From assembly GCA_016198685.1 (NCBI GenBank), contig JACQID010000004.1:256001-320000 (forward strand): a stretch of DNA of 64,000 nt, in the 5' to 3' direction. The translations under genes and the position numbers were made by a program. A model generated the notes under the pieces. It saw only the letters and a program-made list of their open reading frames with translations. It ran no database searches and was not told where the DNA came from. Below, in pieces: positions 29,269 to 38,328 of this stretch (the stretch's first letter is position 1; each line of letters begins with the position of its first letter). Source of the DNA: Candidatus Aenigmatarchaeota archaeon (GTDB lineage Archaea; Aenigmatarchaeota; Aenigmatarchaeia; GW2011-AR5).

Positions 29269-29924
29269 TTCACCTTATGAAGATTCATCTTTTTCAACGC
29301 ATCAAAAACGGCATAAGAGTAGTTTACGTGGCTGGATGTGTGGCCGTAGCTCTTGGCCCATATGTCCTTTATGCCGGCCAATCTCATCATCTTCTTGGCT
29401 TCATTGTTGATACACAATCCTATGCCTTTTGGCGCAGGTATAAGAACGACCTTGACTGAGCCTGCCTTGCCTTCCGCCATCATAGGTATTGAATGAGGCT
29501 CATTGCATGAGCATTCCCAAGAACCGCATCCTCTCTTGACAGGTATCATGTTGAGCTTGGCATTTTCAATTGCCTTGCCAATGGCTATTCTATTTTCCTT
29601 TGCACTGGCCTTGCCTATTCCAATGTATCCATTCTTGTTGCCTATGCAAGCAACGGATGAGATAGTATATCTTCTGCCGCTCATGTGCATTCTTGTGGTT
29701 CTCTTCGTCGAGGTCATCCTCTTTCCCCCGCCTTTTCCGGAAGAACCGCCTACATAAATAAGATCATTCTCAAGCATTGGGACGAGCTTGTCAACTATCT
29801 GCGGCTCCTTGATTATCTTGCCCGAGCTAAATATGTCATCAAGCGATGCCACGGAGCCGTTCAATACGTTCCTGCCCAGCTCCGTTCTTGGTACCCAATT
29901 TTGCATGTTATCGTTTGCCATCAT
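29265..29924 (-). CDS. rps5: Ribosomal protein uS5
   Basis: WVPRTELG, KRGCGSWEC, LIPAPKGIG. Confidence 0.96.
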   Translation of the reverse strand: MMANDNMQNWVPRTELGRNVLNGSVASLDDIFSSGKIIKEPQIVDKLVPMLENDLIYVGGSSGKGGGKRMTSTKRTTRMHMSGRRYTISSVACIGNKNGYIGIGKASAKENRIAIGKAIENAKLNMIPVKRGCGSWECSCNEPHSIPMMAEGKAGSVKVVLIPAPKGIGLCINNEAKKMMRLAGIKDIWAKSYGHTSSHVNYSYAVFDALKKMNLHKVK

Positions 29925-30487
29925 TCATTCCCCTTAGCGTTTTTGATTGCCAATTTGACTTCATCGAAGTTCTTGGCTATATCTTCCGGATTGAAGCCAG
30001 ATTTGAGATACGATGAAAATTGCTTTTCATAGGCTGCTTTGTTCTTGGACTTTAAGAGTTTTGCGTATTGGGCAATATGCTCGCCGCGTATTCTTGCATC
30101 ATCAGGGAACGCCTCGCCGGCTGATATGTTCAGGCCAGCATCCTTTGCGCCTTTGATGGCTGCATATATCGCAACGCCCTTTCTTGAATATTGAAGGCCT
30201 ATATCGGCTATAGCTTCCTTTACGCCATGCTTGATCGCTTTTGTTGCGGCAAGCATACCTGCAAGATATGCCGCAGGCACGCTTCCGCTGTGCCCTTTCC
30301 ACCCAAGCGAAGCAAGATCAAGAGAGCTTGCTTCTGTTAGTGTCTTGTCGCCGGACCTTATGAACTCGACAATTTGAATAAGTATTTTGTTGTTGGTTTT
30401 TCTGATTACAAGCCTCGGAAGGCCTGATTTCAGTAATGCCAGTCTCTGCCTGTAATCCGTTTTCTCATTAAGCCTTCTTTTTAGCAT
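29921..30487 (-). CDS. rpl18: Ribosomal protein uL18
   Basis: KTDYRQRLALL, RLVIRKTN, PAAYLAG. Confidence 0.95.
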   Translation of the reverse strand: MLKRRLNEKTDYRQRLALLKSGLPRLVIRKTNNKILIQIVEFIRSGDKTLTEASSLDLASLGWKGHSGSVPAAYLAGMLAATKAIKHGVKEAIADIGLQYSRKGVAIYAAIKGAKDAGLNISAGEAFPDDARIRGEHIAQYAKLLKSKNKAAYEKQFSSYLKSGFNPEDIAKNFDEVKLAIKNAKGNE

Positions 30488-30935
30488 TTGAATCCCTCAG
30501 CATCTTGTTTCTTTCTAAGTATGTCATCATGTGAGCCCTGCTTCTGAAGAAGCCGCTGCCCGCTTTCCTGTAAACCTGTCTGTATATCTTCTGATCCATG
30601 GAACCACGAACCAAGTTCAATTGGTCCCGCAACGCGCGGATAGTCTTCATCCAGCTTTCTTTTCTTGAAAGGCCCACAGTGGCTTTTCCTTTTCTGGAAC
30701 CTATCCCTTTTCTTCTGCCCTTTCTCTTCTGGGCAAGCACGGCACGCGCCCTGCCTCTGCTGTTGCCCTTAGCAGGCAGCTCCTTTATGGCACCCTGCAT
30801 GGAGAGTCTTCTTATGTCCGCGGCCGTTATAGCCTCAGCTATATCAGCGCCTCTTGCCGGATCGAACCATACTCGGCTCTCTCCGCATTTCAGCACGCGG
30901 GCCGCTATTTTCTTCTGAGATGTCAGTTGTGCCAT
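30468..30935 (-). CDS. rpl19e: Ribosomal protein eL19
   Basis: LTSQKKIAARVLKCGESRVWFDP, GSRKG, YRKAGSGFF; start set at MAQL. Confidence 0.95.
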   Translation of the reverse strand: MAQLTSQKKIAARVLKCGESRVWFDPARGADIAEAITAADIRRLSMQGAIKELPAKGNSRGRARAVLAQKRKGRRKGIGSRKGKATVGLSRKESWMKTIRALRDQLNLVRGSMDQKIYRQVYRKAGSGFFRSRAHMMTYLERNKMLRDSNAKKKA

Positions 30936-30939
30936 AATA

Positions 30940-31104
30940 TCAGTTCCACATTGCTTCTCCTTCGTTCGGGTATCCAAAGAATCCGAACTTATCGTATGCC
31001 ATTTCGCACTTTCCGCACTGGAACAGGCCCTTGCTTATCTTATTAAGCCTGTCGCCTGCGTTGCCGCATACCGGGCAATTCTTGTCTGCAAATTTTATGA
31101 ACAT
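30940..31104 (-). CDS. 54-aa C4 zinc-ribbon protein (not in ORF track)
   Basis: MFIKFADKNCPVCGNAGDRLNKISKGLFQCGKCEMAYDKFGFFGYPNEGEAMWN; fills the rpl32e-rpl19e gap exactly (2 nt and 4 nt spacers). Confidence 0.75.
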   Translation of the reverse strand: MFIKFADKNCPVCGNAGDRLNKISKGLFQCGKCEMAYDKFGFFGYPNEGEAMWN

Positions 31105-31106
31105 TT

Positions 31107-31538
31107 CTATTCAGCCTTCTTTTCCTTTTTTGAAGCTTCTTTCTTGGCTTCCTCTTTCTTGACATTGGTTTTTTTCGCTTCTGCCGCTTTTGCGAGCTTC
31201 TCTGCACTTCTGATCCTTTGCCTGTTAAATATTTCAATGCCAAGTTCTTTGGCTTTAGCTGCGATCTCAAGAACGCTCTTCCGCCCCAGAGTTGAAGAAA
31301 GCATGGCAGTATCGCCCTTGTTGAGCTTCTGCAGATCTGTCAAGCCACAAACATATATTACATTCGTGCCTTTGATAGTTCCTCTTGTGGATCTCTGGGT
31401 TCGGTAGCCGATCTTCGGAACCTTTCCAGCGCCTCCCCTGCGCTCACGCATCTTGCTTTGGCCGCCCTTAGGCGCTCTCCATTTTGTTCCAAGCTTGCTG
31501 TGGAACTGATTGTCCTGTCGTCTGAATCTTTTGCTCAT
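31107..31538 (-). CDS. rpl32e: Ribosomal protein eL32
   Basis: FRRQD, KWRAPKGGQSKMR, PKIGYRT. Confidence 0.95.
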   Translation of the reverse strand: MSKRFRRQDNQFHSKLGTKWRAPKGGQSKMRERRGGAGKVPKIGYRTQRSTRGTIKGTNVIYVCGLTDLQKLNKGDTAMLSSTLGRKSVLEIAAKAKELGIEIFNRQRIRSAEKLAKAAEAKKTNVKKEEAKKEASKKEKKAE

Positions 31539-32083
31539 AGCTTCTCCCCTGTCTGAAGTTTCTTGTCAACCACATAAATGCCATCATTGAAGACTCTGCC
31601 GTCCCTTTCGACTATCTTGCAGATTTCCTCGATGTTCCTGCAAGTCTGGCCTACATCTTCCAAATCTGTTCCCTTTACAATTACGGTGTCCTTTGTTGCC
31701 TTGACGTCCACCTTGCCCTTTATCTTTGTCATTCGCGGGGCCTTTTCGCCAAGGAAGTTCTTGACAAGTATATCCTTGTCCTTCACTTCAACATTTATTG
31801 GAAAGTGCGAATAGTGAATCTTCATCGTGTATTCGTAACCTTTTGTCACGCCTGCTATCATGTTCTTGGCATGAGCCGCTATTGCCCCTACCATGGCCTT
31901 GATCTGTCGTCTCTCACTCTCCGAGGATACGACAAAATTATCATTTTTCTCCATCTTCACTATGCCGTTAAACAATGGATTCTCAAAATTCTTTGATAGT
32001 TCGCCCTTGGGACCCTTGATCCTAAGTTCCATTCCCTGGATCGTGACATCAACGCCCTTTGGTATAGCAACTTCTTTCTTCAT
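31535..32083 (-). CDS. rpl6: Ribosomal protein uL6
   Basis: IKGPKGEL, YSHFPINV, NFLGEK, DGRVFNDGIY. Confidence 0.96.
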   Translation of the reverse strand: MKKEVAIPKGVDVTIQGMELRIKGPKGELSKNFENPLFNGIVKMEKNDNFVVSSESERRQIKAMVGAIAAHAKNMIAGVTKGYEYTMKIHYSHFPINVEVKDKDILVKNFLGEKAPRMTKIKGKVDVKATKDTVIVKGTDLEDVGQTCRNIEEICKIVERDGRVFNDGIYVVDKKLQTGEKL

Positions 32084-32121
32084 TTTTACATCCTCGATTT
32101 AGCTATAGCGATTTTTTCCCC

Positions 32122-32508
32122 TCAGTAAACATAAGCCACAAGCTTTCCGCCTGTGCCCTTCTCCACGGCGGTCTTCTTTGTCATAACGCCTGTTGGCGTG
32201 GAAAGTATGAGAGTTCCCATGTCTCGCGCAGGAAGAAATCTTGTTTCCCATTTCTTGAAACCTGAAGTCTTTGCTGCAAACCTGGGCCGCACGGCTCTTG
32301 ACATGTTTATCTTGCCCTTCATCTCGACTCGGAATTTGCCAGACTTCTGGTCATCAACGAACTCGAAGCTTCCGATGTATCCTTCTTCCTGAAGTATCTT
32401 GAGCACGCTCTTTACAGTACTCGACGCAGGCACGATGCATTCCTGCTTGCCGAACTTATCGGCATTATTGAGCGAATACATGACATCCGGCAAAATATCG
32501 TGCCTCAT
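32122..32508 (-). CDS. rps8: Ribosomal protein uS8
   Basis: GYIGSFE, AVRPRF, ILSTPTGVM, GGKLVAYVY; start MRHD after GGAGG. Confidence 0.96.
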   Translation of the reverse strand: MRHDILPDVMYSLNNADKFGKQECIVPASSTVKSVLKILQEEGYIGSFEFVDDQKSGKFRVEMKGKINMSRAVRPRFAAKTSGFKKWETRFLPARDMGTLILSTPTGVMTKKTAVEKGTGGKLVAYVY

Positions 32509-32552
32509 GCTGTCGTTCCTCCTGTATATTTCATTGAAATTTTCATCATTCT

Positions 32553-32711
32553 TCACCTGTACTTATGGAAACCAAGATCAGCCGCAACCTCACGGAAGCA
32601 TCTTCTGCAATACATGAGGCTATATTTTCTTATGAGGCCTCTCATGTTGCCGCATCTGACGCACTTGCGTGCGCCCTCGCCTTGTTTTCTCTTTGTAGCT
32701 TTCAAGCGCAT
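32553..32711 (-). CDS. rps14: Ribosomal protein uS14 (not in ORF track)
   Basis: [21 protein letters not shown]...[27 protein letters not shown], Zn-binding CxxC/CxxC. Confidence 0.95.
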   Translation of the reverse strand: MRLKATKRKQGEGARKCVRCGNMRGLIRKYSLMYCRRCFREVAADLGFHKYR

Positions 32712-32716
32712 AATTA

Positions 32717-33208
32717 TCACTCCACCTTAACGTTGAATTTCTCCTTCACGAACTGGACGGCTTCGTCCTTTGTTATCACATGCTTCTTGCCCAGCTTGTG
32801 CGGATGTCTCTTCTTCTTGACTGCGTAGCCAGGCCTTTCCAGAGTCACGCATACATCCATGCCTATAACGCCTATCTTTGGGTCATAGTCCATTCCAGGT
32901 ACGTCAATGTATTCCTTGATGCCGAAAGCAAAATTGCCCTTGTCATCGAAACTGGATGTCTTGATCCTGTTTTCATTTGCTTCAAGCATCCTCTTTGCGA
33001 ACTTTGCCGCATCGTGTCTTATTGTGATCTTGCAGCCTATAGGCTTGTTCTTCGGAACTCCGAACGTGTTTCTCTTTGCAGTCTTGATTATTACAGGAGT
33101 TTTCTCGGTCAGCCTTTCCAGTATCTTTTTGGCGTTCTCGACAGGCGTATGAGTGCCGCAACCGATGTTGCACACTATTTTTTCAATGCGTATCTCTTTC
33201 ATGGCCAT
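32717..33208 (-). CDS. rpl5: Ribosomal protein uL5
   Basis: [32 protein letters not shown]. Confidence 0.96.
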   Translation of the reverse strand: MAMKEIRIEKIVCNIGCGTHTPVENAKKILERLTEKTPVIIKTAKRNTFGVPKNKPIGCKITIRHDAAKFAKRMLEANENRIKTSSFDDKGNFAFGIKEYIDVPGMDYDPKIGVIGMDVCVTLERPGYAVKKKRHPHKLGKKHVITKDEAVQFVKEKFNVKVE

Positions 33209-33209
33209 T

Positions 33210-33905
33210 TCATTCACCGCGAGTCTCCGCAACGTTTATTACGGGCGAGTCTTCTCCTATGACGAACACATAATCCTTAGGAACTACGACATCCTTACCT
33301 TCGCTTTCCAGGACTATTATTTCAGATTCAGAGCCGGTTGTTGATATCATCTTCTTTATCTTGCCTGACGTGCCCACGTTCTTTCCTTCAAGTATAAGGC
33401 CGTGAGAGCCTGTCTTCATTTTGAGAACGCCCTTTATAGTGCCTGTTTGAACGTCAATCATTAGCGTGTCTCCTGTGCTATACTCTCCTGTTTCGGCAAT
33501 TATGTTCCTGCCGTTGTAGAGGTTAAGCTGCATTCTGCCTTTTTTGAGAACAGTCTTGTTACTTATTTTAGCGAGCTTTGTTGCTGCAGCAGATTTGAGG
33601 AACCTCATGCCGTTCTTCTTTGGCAATGCAAGATATGTTTCCTTTCCTATCGTGATTATATCCATAAATCCTACGGGGAACTTAACATCCCTTCTAGTTA
33701 TGCCGTCGACCTTGATAAGGCCCCGATTCACCAGCTCCTTGGCTTCCTTCATTGTGCCTGCAAACTTCATCGCATCCCTGAGGAAGATGCCTATCGGCAT
33801 TGAAGTCTTGCTGTTGTGAGGTCCTGGCAATAATTTGAGTGCATATTTCTTCGTTTTTCTCTCAAGTGGCCAGAACACCGGCATCACATAACGCTTAAGG
33901 CTCAT
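33210..33905 (-). CDS. rps4e: Ribosomal protein eS4
   Basis: PGPH, IKVDG...FPVGFMD, YVFVIG. Confidence 0.95.
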   Translation of the reverse strand: MSLKRYVMPVFWPLERKTKKYALKLLPGPHNSKTSMPIGIFLRDAMKFAGTMKEAKELVNRGLIKVDGITRRDVKFPVGFMDIITIGKETYLALPKKNGMRFLKSAAATKLAKISNKTVLKKGRMQLNLYNGRNIIAETGEYSTGDTLMIDVQTGTIKGVLKMKTGSHGLILEGKNVGTSGKIKKMISTTGSESEIIVLESEGKDVVVPKDYVFVIGEDSPVINVAETRGE

Positions 33906-34270
33906 TTCTTAATCCTCCTCTTCTTGTCATCTCTAAAGATTTTTATTATTTTCACGTTGCTTGGGTCAACAGGCACGTTGGCTTCCTGTCCGGATACCTT
34001 TTTTCTCTTTACGCCTTCAATATAAACCTTCAGCGCCTTGGCATCGACTCGCGTGACTGCGCCCCTGATTTTCTTGAATTCTCCTCGTGTGATTATGACT
34101 TCGTCGCCCTTTCTTAATTTCATGCTTCGTCTTCCTGTCTCCTCCCTCAAAGCCTTGTCTAGGTGAGCCGAAAGGAAGGCCTGCCTGATGTGACCAGGCG
34201 CATTATACCTGAACTTCCTTTGCTTCCTTGGCTGGGAGCTTGTCTTCCATTCTGCTGAATATGCTTTCAT
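33902..34270 (-). CDS. rpl24: Ribosomal protein uL24
   Basis: SSQPRKQRK, LRKGDEVIITRGEFK, PVDPSNV. Confidence 0.95.
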   Translation of the reverse strand: MKAYSAEWKTSSQPRKQRKFRYNAPGHIRQAFLSAHLDKALREETGRRSMKLRKGDEVIITRGEFKKIRGAVTRVDAKALKVYIEGVKRKKVSGQEANVPVDPSNVKIIKIFRDDKKRRIKK

Positions 34271-34275
34271 GATTA

Positions 34276-34677
34276 TCACACTACCAAACTTGCTATCTTC
34301 CCTATCATTGAAAATCTTTCCACGGCTTCCTTGGCTATGACGGTCCTGATTTCAGTTCCCGTCGGTTCGAATGTTTTTGAGTTGACAAGAACAGCCGCGT
34401 TGTCGCTGAATTTTACTCTTGTTCCGTCCGATCTTCTGAATTCCTTCTTCTGCCTGACTATGACGCAATACACCATCTGATGCATTACTTTTTCCTTGCC
34501 TTTCTTGACCGCGCATATGACCACGTCGCCTACGCCGGCCTTGGGATTTCTTCTCTGAACTCCCTTGTATCCCTTGACTGCTATTATCTCAAGTTCCTTT
34601 GCGCCGGAATTGTCAGCGCACTTTATCCTTGACATTATCTGCAGTGCCTTGGGAATTCTTGCTGATACTGCTTTCAT
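34276..34677 (-). CDS. rpl14: Ribosomal protein uL14
   Basis: CADNSGAK, AGVGD, VRQKKEFRR, FSDNAAV. Confidence 0.97.
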   Translation of the reverse strand: MKAVSARIPKALQIMSRIKCADNSGAKELEIIAVKGYKGVQRRNPKAGVGDVVICAVKKGKEKVMHQMVYCVIVRQKKEFRRSDGTRVKFSDNAAVLVNSKTFEPTGTEIRTVIAKEAVERFSMIGKIASLVV

Positions 34678-35006
34678 TTCTTATCAACCACCACGAACTT
34701 CTTTGTCTTTGAGAGTGGTCTGCACTCGGCTATGGTCACCATGTCTCCTATTGAAGCAGACAAGCATTCCGGATTGTAAGCCGCAACTTTTGTGTTCCTT
34801 CTCTCGTACCTCTCGTACTTAGGCACATAATTATAATAATGCCACTTGACTATTGCGGTCTTCTGGGCCCTGTTGGACACTACTTCACCCCTGAATATCC
34901 TTCCGCGGACCTTAAGGTGACCGTGCCATGGGCACTTGTTGTCAGAGCACTTGCCCTTCGGCGCGTTAACGCCAACGCCTATGTCCTTTTTTGATTCTTT
35001 GTCCAT
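34674..35006 (-). CDS. rps17: Ribosomal protein uS17
   Basis: CSDNKCPWHG, KYERYE, ECRPLSKTKKF. Confidence 0.97.
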   Translation of the reverse strand: MDKESKKDIGVGVNAPKGKCSDNKCPWHGHLKVRGRIFRGEVVSNRAQKTAIVKWHYYNYVPKYERYERRNTKVAAYNPECLSASIGDMVTIAECRPLSKTKKFVVVDKK

Positions 35007-35010
35007 CTTT

Positions 35011-35286
35011 TCACCATCTTGATATCTTCTTCTTTATCCTGTCCTCGGGCCTTGCGATTATAAAATTTCCATCCACGTCCACTTTTTTTCCATCCAGCAT
35101 GAATCGGAAAACCGAGTTTTTCTTTTCGATTTTCTTGTCCCCTGACGAAGTTCTCACGACCATGACCCGCATACCCTCATCTATCACCCGGCCGTTGATG
35201 CCGGTTTGCGACAAGTTCGAGGATTGCACGATTTCGCATTCAAGCCCTATGAATTCGTGACGTACAAGATTCCTTGCGTTTCTCAT
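35011..35286 (-). CDS. rnp1: RNase P protein component 1 (Rpp29)
   Basis: HEFIGL, GRVIDE, RPEDRIKK; canonical position before rps17. Confidence 0.92.
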   Translation of the reverse strand: MRNARNLVRHEFIGLECEIVQSSNLSQTGINGRVIDEGMRVMVVRTSSGDKKIEKKNSVFRFMLDGKKVDVDGNFIIARPEDRIKKKISRW

Positions 35287-35592
35287 TCACTTCACTTCTA
35301 TCATGTCTTCGGGAAATCCTTCCTGCACAAGTATTTTCTTGACCTTCTCCTTATGGTTTCCCTGAAGCTCTATTTCTCCGTTCTTGTGGGTTCCCCCGCA
35401 AGCTAATTTCGATTTGAGCTTTGTCGTCACTTCCCTCAGGCTTATTTGCTTCTCGTCTATGCCCTTTATCACGGTAGTATATTTGCCGTATCTTTTTTGT
35501 TGCGTGTTTATAGTTATTTTTCTAGACTCTTTTGCTATCGTCTCGCATACGCATAGTTCTTTTGGCAAACCGCATTTTGGGCAAACTGCTAT
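35287..35592 (-). CDS. sui1: Translation initiation factor aIF1/SUI1, probable ATA start
   Basis: IAVCPKCGLPKELCVCE, KLACGGT, IELQGNH; GAGGTG 7 nt upstream of ATA at 35592; no ATG/GTG/TTG in frame upstream of the CPKC motif. Confidence 0.88.
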   Translation of the reverse strand: MAVCPKCGLPKELCVCETIAKESRKITINTQQKRYGKYTTVIKGIDEKQISLREVTTKLKSKLACGGTHKNGEIELQGNHKEKVKKILVQEGFPEDMIEVK

Positions 35593-35789
35593 TGTGAACC
35601 ACCTCTCTTTTTGGTCAGGAGCCTCGCTATAGTACGCCTCATTTCCCTGATATTTCCGGGATTCTTGACAGTACTTCCGATTTCACTCAGCGCCATTTCT
35701 TTTGACATTTCGAGTTTTATCTCCTGTATCTTGGCGTCTATTTCTGATGCCTTCATGGCCTTCAACTTGTCTTTCTTTATTAACGCCAT
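35589..35789 (-). CDS. rpl29: Ribosomal protein uL29
   Basis: NPGNIREMRRTIARLLT. Confidence 0.95.
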   Translation of the reverse strand: MALIKKDKLKAMKASEIDAKIQEIKLEMSKEMALSEIGSTVKNPGNIREMRRTIARLLTKKRGGSQ

Positions 35790-35791
35790 AA

Positions 35792-36454
35792 TTATTCCTC
35801 TTTCATCTCTTGAACAGCATCTACTTTTACCGTCGTTGCTTCCTGCATCGGTACAGCAGCCTCGGCTATCTTTCTTACGCTGTTTGCGATCGACTGCGGA
35901 TAATCAACCATTATCTGCACTGTCACGCCTATGTTACCGAGCTTGGGATTGGCAACCGCAAATCCCGTGCGAACATGCTGCTTTGCAAGTTCGCCGGATT
36001 TCTTCACATATCCTGCAACGAACCTGTCTCTTCTTGAGCGCTCGCCCGAAAGTTTTCCGGACATCACTATTTCGCATCCTACTGCACCTGACCTCATTAT
36101 CTTCTCAAGATAAAAGTTTCCAAGCCTCTTGTAGTTGACTCCTGATTCTATCTGCGAAGCCAGACTCTTTGCCATGATAACAGCATCAAGGTTTGCATCA
36201 TCTATCTTCTGAACGTCTATCTGCGGATTGTCTATCTTGAAATGAAGTCTCAATATGTCCGTTATTTCCCTTATTTTTTCGCCACCTGATCCTATTATGA
36301 GCCCGGGAGTAGTTGTATGAAGCACTATTCTCGTCATTATAGGCGTCTTCTGGATTTCTATATCGCCCACCTTGGCTGTTGAGAAGTGCTTCCTGATGAA
36401 CTCTTGCATATTGACTTCTTCCTTGGCCTTGGCTATGAATATTCTTTCTTTCAT
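35792..36454 (-). CDS. rps3: Ribosomal protein uS3
   Basis: PGLIIGSGG KH domain, GCEIVMSGKL; start set at MKER. Confidence 0.95.
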   Translation of the reverse strand: MKERIFIAKAKEEVNMQEFIRKHFSTAKVGDIEIQKTPIMTRIVLHTTTPGLIIGSGGEKIREITDILRLHFKIDNPQIDVQKIDDANLDAVIMAKSLASQIESGVNYKRLGNFYLEKIMRSGAVGCEIVMSGKLSGERSRRDRFVAGYVKKSGELAKQHVRTGFAVANPKLGNIGVTVQIMVDYPQSIANSVRKIAEAAVPMQEATTVKVDAVQEMKEE

Positions 36455-36458
36455 TGTT

Positions 36459-36884
36459 TCACCGTTTTTGCTGCAGGTACTTCTTTTGGCTTGGCCTGCT
36501 TTGCCTTCCTCTTTCAGCAAGTATCATTTCTACATTAGCCGTCTTCATTATTGCACCGAATCCGGATTTTCTTCTTCTTCTCCTGAACATCGTGCCCTTG
36601 TGCGATGAAGCAAGGACGAACATCTTTGTCGTATCCAGACCTTGAGACACCGCATTCTTTTCGCAGCTTAAGAGCAAATCCAGCATTTCCTTTACGGTCT
36701 TGCTGTAGTATTTGCCTTTCATGCTTCGCTTGCCTGAATACAGGTCCTCAAGCATTTTCTTGACAACGCTCAATTTCTTTCTCCTTATCATATTGCAAAG
36801 TATAGCTCCCTTCTTAGGGCTCATCCTGAGGTTGCTGCCATATGCTTTGGCATGCTTCTCTTCTGGTGCAAATGTATAGGGCAT
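36459..36884 (-). CDS. rpl22: Ribosomal protein uL22
   Basis: AKAYG.NLRMSPK, KYYSKT, NAVSQGLD, position after rps19. Confidence 0.92.
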   Translation of the reverse strand: MPYTFAPEEKHAKAYGSNLRMSPKKGAILCNMIRRKKLSVVKKMLEDLYSGKRSMKGKYYSKTVKEMLDLLLSCEKNAVSQGLDTTKMFVLASSHKGTMFRRRRRKSGFGAIMKTANVEMILAERGRQSRPSQKKYLQQKR

Positions 36885-36890
36885 TTTTTA

Positions 36891-37274
36891 TCACTTCAAT
36901 GATACTGCCTTGCTGGATCTCGTGGCTCCGATACCAGGCGAGGAGTGTTTCACGCGTCCGCGCGTAAGCGCGAATTCACCGAGTCGGCGTCCAAGCATTT
37001 CGGTCTTGATGTCTATCGCTACAAATTCCTTCCCATTGTGAACTGCTATCTTGACACCTACCATCTCCGGCATTATGACCATGTCTCTGCATTGCGTTCT
37101 CACGAGCTTGCCGTCGTTCTTTCTTATGTCCTCGATCAGCTTCTTCTCGTGCTTCGTGTATCCTCGAAGGAGCGCTCTTCTGGCGCGCGAGTCTACAACC
37201 TTGCTGAACTCCTCCATATTCATGGCCTGAAGTTCTTCCGTGGTTCTTCCCTTGAACAAAAATTTCTTTGCCAT
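36891..37274 (-). CDS. rps19: Ribosomal protein uS19
   Basis: RTQCRDM, HNGKEF, LGEFALTR, GIGATRSS. Confidence 0.96.
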   Translation of the reverse strand: MAKKFLFKGRTTEELQAMNMEEFSKVVDSRARRALLRGYTKHEKKLIEDIRKNDGKLVRTQCRDMVIMPEMVGVKIAVHNGKEFVAIDIKTEMLGRRLGEFALTRGRVKHSSPGIGATRSSKAVSLK

Positions 37275-37278
37275 AGTA

Positions 37279-37968
37279 TCACTTCTTTCCTGTTCTTCTT
37301 GGCGCGAGGCTTCCTACCTTTCTTCCAGGCGGTCTGTTTCTCCCGACTGTCTTGTGCTTACCGAGGTTCTTGCCTCCGAACGGATGCTGCACTGCGTTCT
37401 TGTGAGTGGCCGATGTCTTGCCTGCGAACTTGCCGAGCGCCTTCATGGCATGGAATCTCGTTCCTGCCTTCATGAAAGGCTTATCCTTCCTGCCGGCACC
37501 GGCAGTCATTCCTACAGTAGCCCTGCAATCTGCAGGGATTTCTTTCTTTTTCTTTGAAGGCATCAGCACGACAACTTTCTTCTCTTCTCTTGCAACTACA
37601 ACTGCAAATGTGCCGGAGCTTCTACAGAGTCTTCCTCCGTCGCCCGGTCTCAATTCGATATTATAAATCTTGGTTCCTTCAGGAATGTCCTTCACTGTGA
37701 CTATGTTGCCTTCCTGCACGGAAGACATGGATATTGTTTGTCCGACTGCTATGCCCTGGTTAGGCAAATGCAATACTCTTTCGCCGTTGTAATCAACCTC
37801 TGCCAATGGCAATGTCTTGCCCGGCGCATCTATTATCTTTGTAACTATGCCCAACGTAGCTCCTTTCGGTATCTTGTCATACGTAGCAAGACCTGGGAAT
37901 CTATGAGAAGGCGATCTATATCTAGGATTGCCTTTTCCTCTTCTTTGCTGTATCAAATTCTTTCCCAT
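37279..37968 (-). CDS. rpl2: Ribosomal protein uL2
   Basis: MGKNLIQQRRG, GGRLCRSSG, HPFGG, PPGRKVG. Confidence 0.97.
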   Translation of the reverse strand: MGKNLIQQRRGKGNPRYRSPSHRFPGLATYDKIPKGATLGIVTKIIDAPGKTLPLAEVDYNGERVLHLPNQGIAVGQTISMSSVQEGNIVTVKDIPEGTKIYNIELRPGDGGRLCRSSGTFAVVVAREEKKVVVLMPSKKKKEIPADCRATVGMTAGAGRKDKPFMKAGTRFHAMKALGKFAGKTSATHKNAVQHPFGGKNLGKHKTVGRNRPPGRKVGSLAPRRTGKK

Positions 37969-37978
37969 TTTTTCACCA

Positions 37979-38326
37979 TCATATTATTCCAAGCTTGATT
38001 GCAATATCGCCTGCTGCGCCTGCGTTCTTGAATTTCACATAGGCACGCTTCCTTCTCTTCTGGTCTATTGATGTTCTGATTGATGTCACCGGTGCCGCGA
38101 ACATGCTTTCAACTGATTTCTTTATGCCGTCCTTTTCAGCTTTCATGTCAACTACAAAAACGATCTTGTTGTCCCTCTCTATGGACTGAACCGCTTTTTC
38201 TGTCATGAGCACGAACTTGACTGTTTTGTAAGGATCAACCTTGAGTGCTACAACTGCCTCAGCTGGCGTTGCCTGAACAACAGGCTCCTTTTTTATAGCA
38301 GCCTTCATTTTCTTTTCTTCAGCCAT
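37979..38326 (-). CDS. rpl23: Ribosomal protein uL23 (N-terminal extension)
   Basis: TEKA...NKIVFVV, KRAYVKF, AIKLGII. Confidence 0.94.
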   Translation of the reverse strand: MAEEKKMKAAIKKEPVVQATPAEAVVALKVDPYKTVKFVLMTEKAVQSIERDNKIVFVVDMKAEKDGIKKSVESMFAAPVTSIRTSIDQKRRKRAYVKFKNAGAAGDIAIKLGII

Positions 38327-38328
38327 AA

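Noticed and set aside
32509-32552. ATGATGA (C-box-like) in the rps14-rps8 spacer as an L7Ae kink-turn site
   Set aside because: No CTGA D box and only a weak 4-bp stem.
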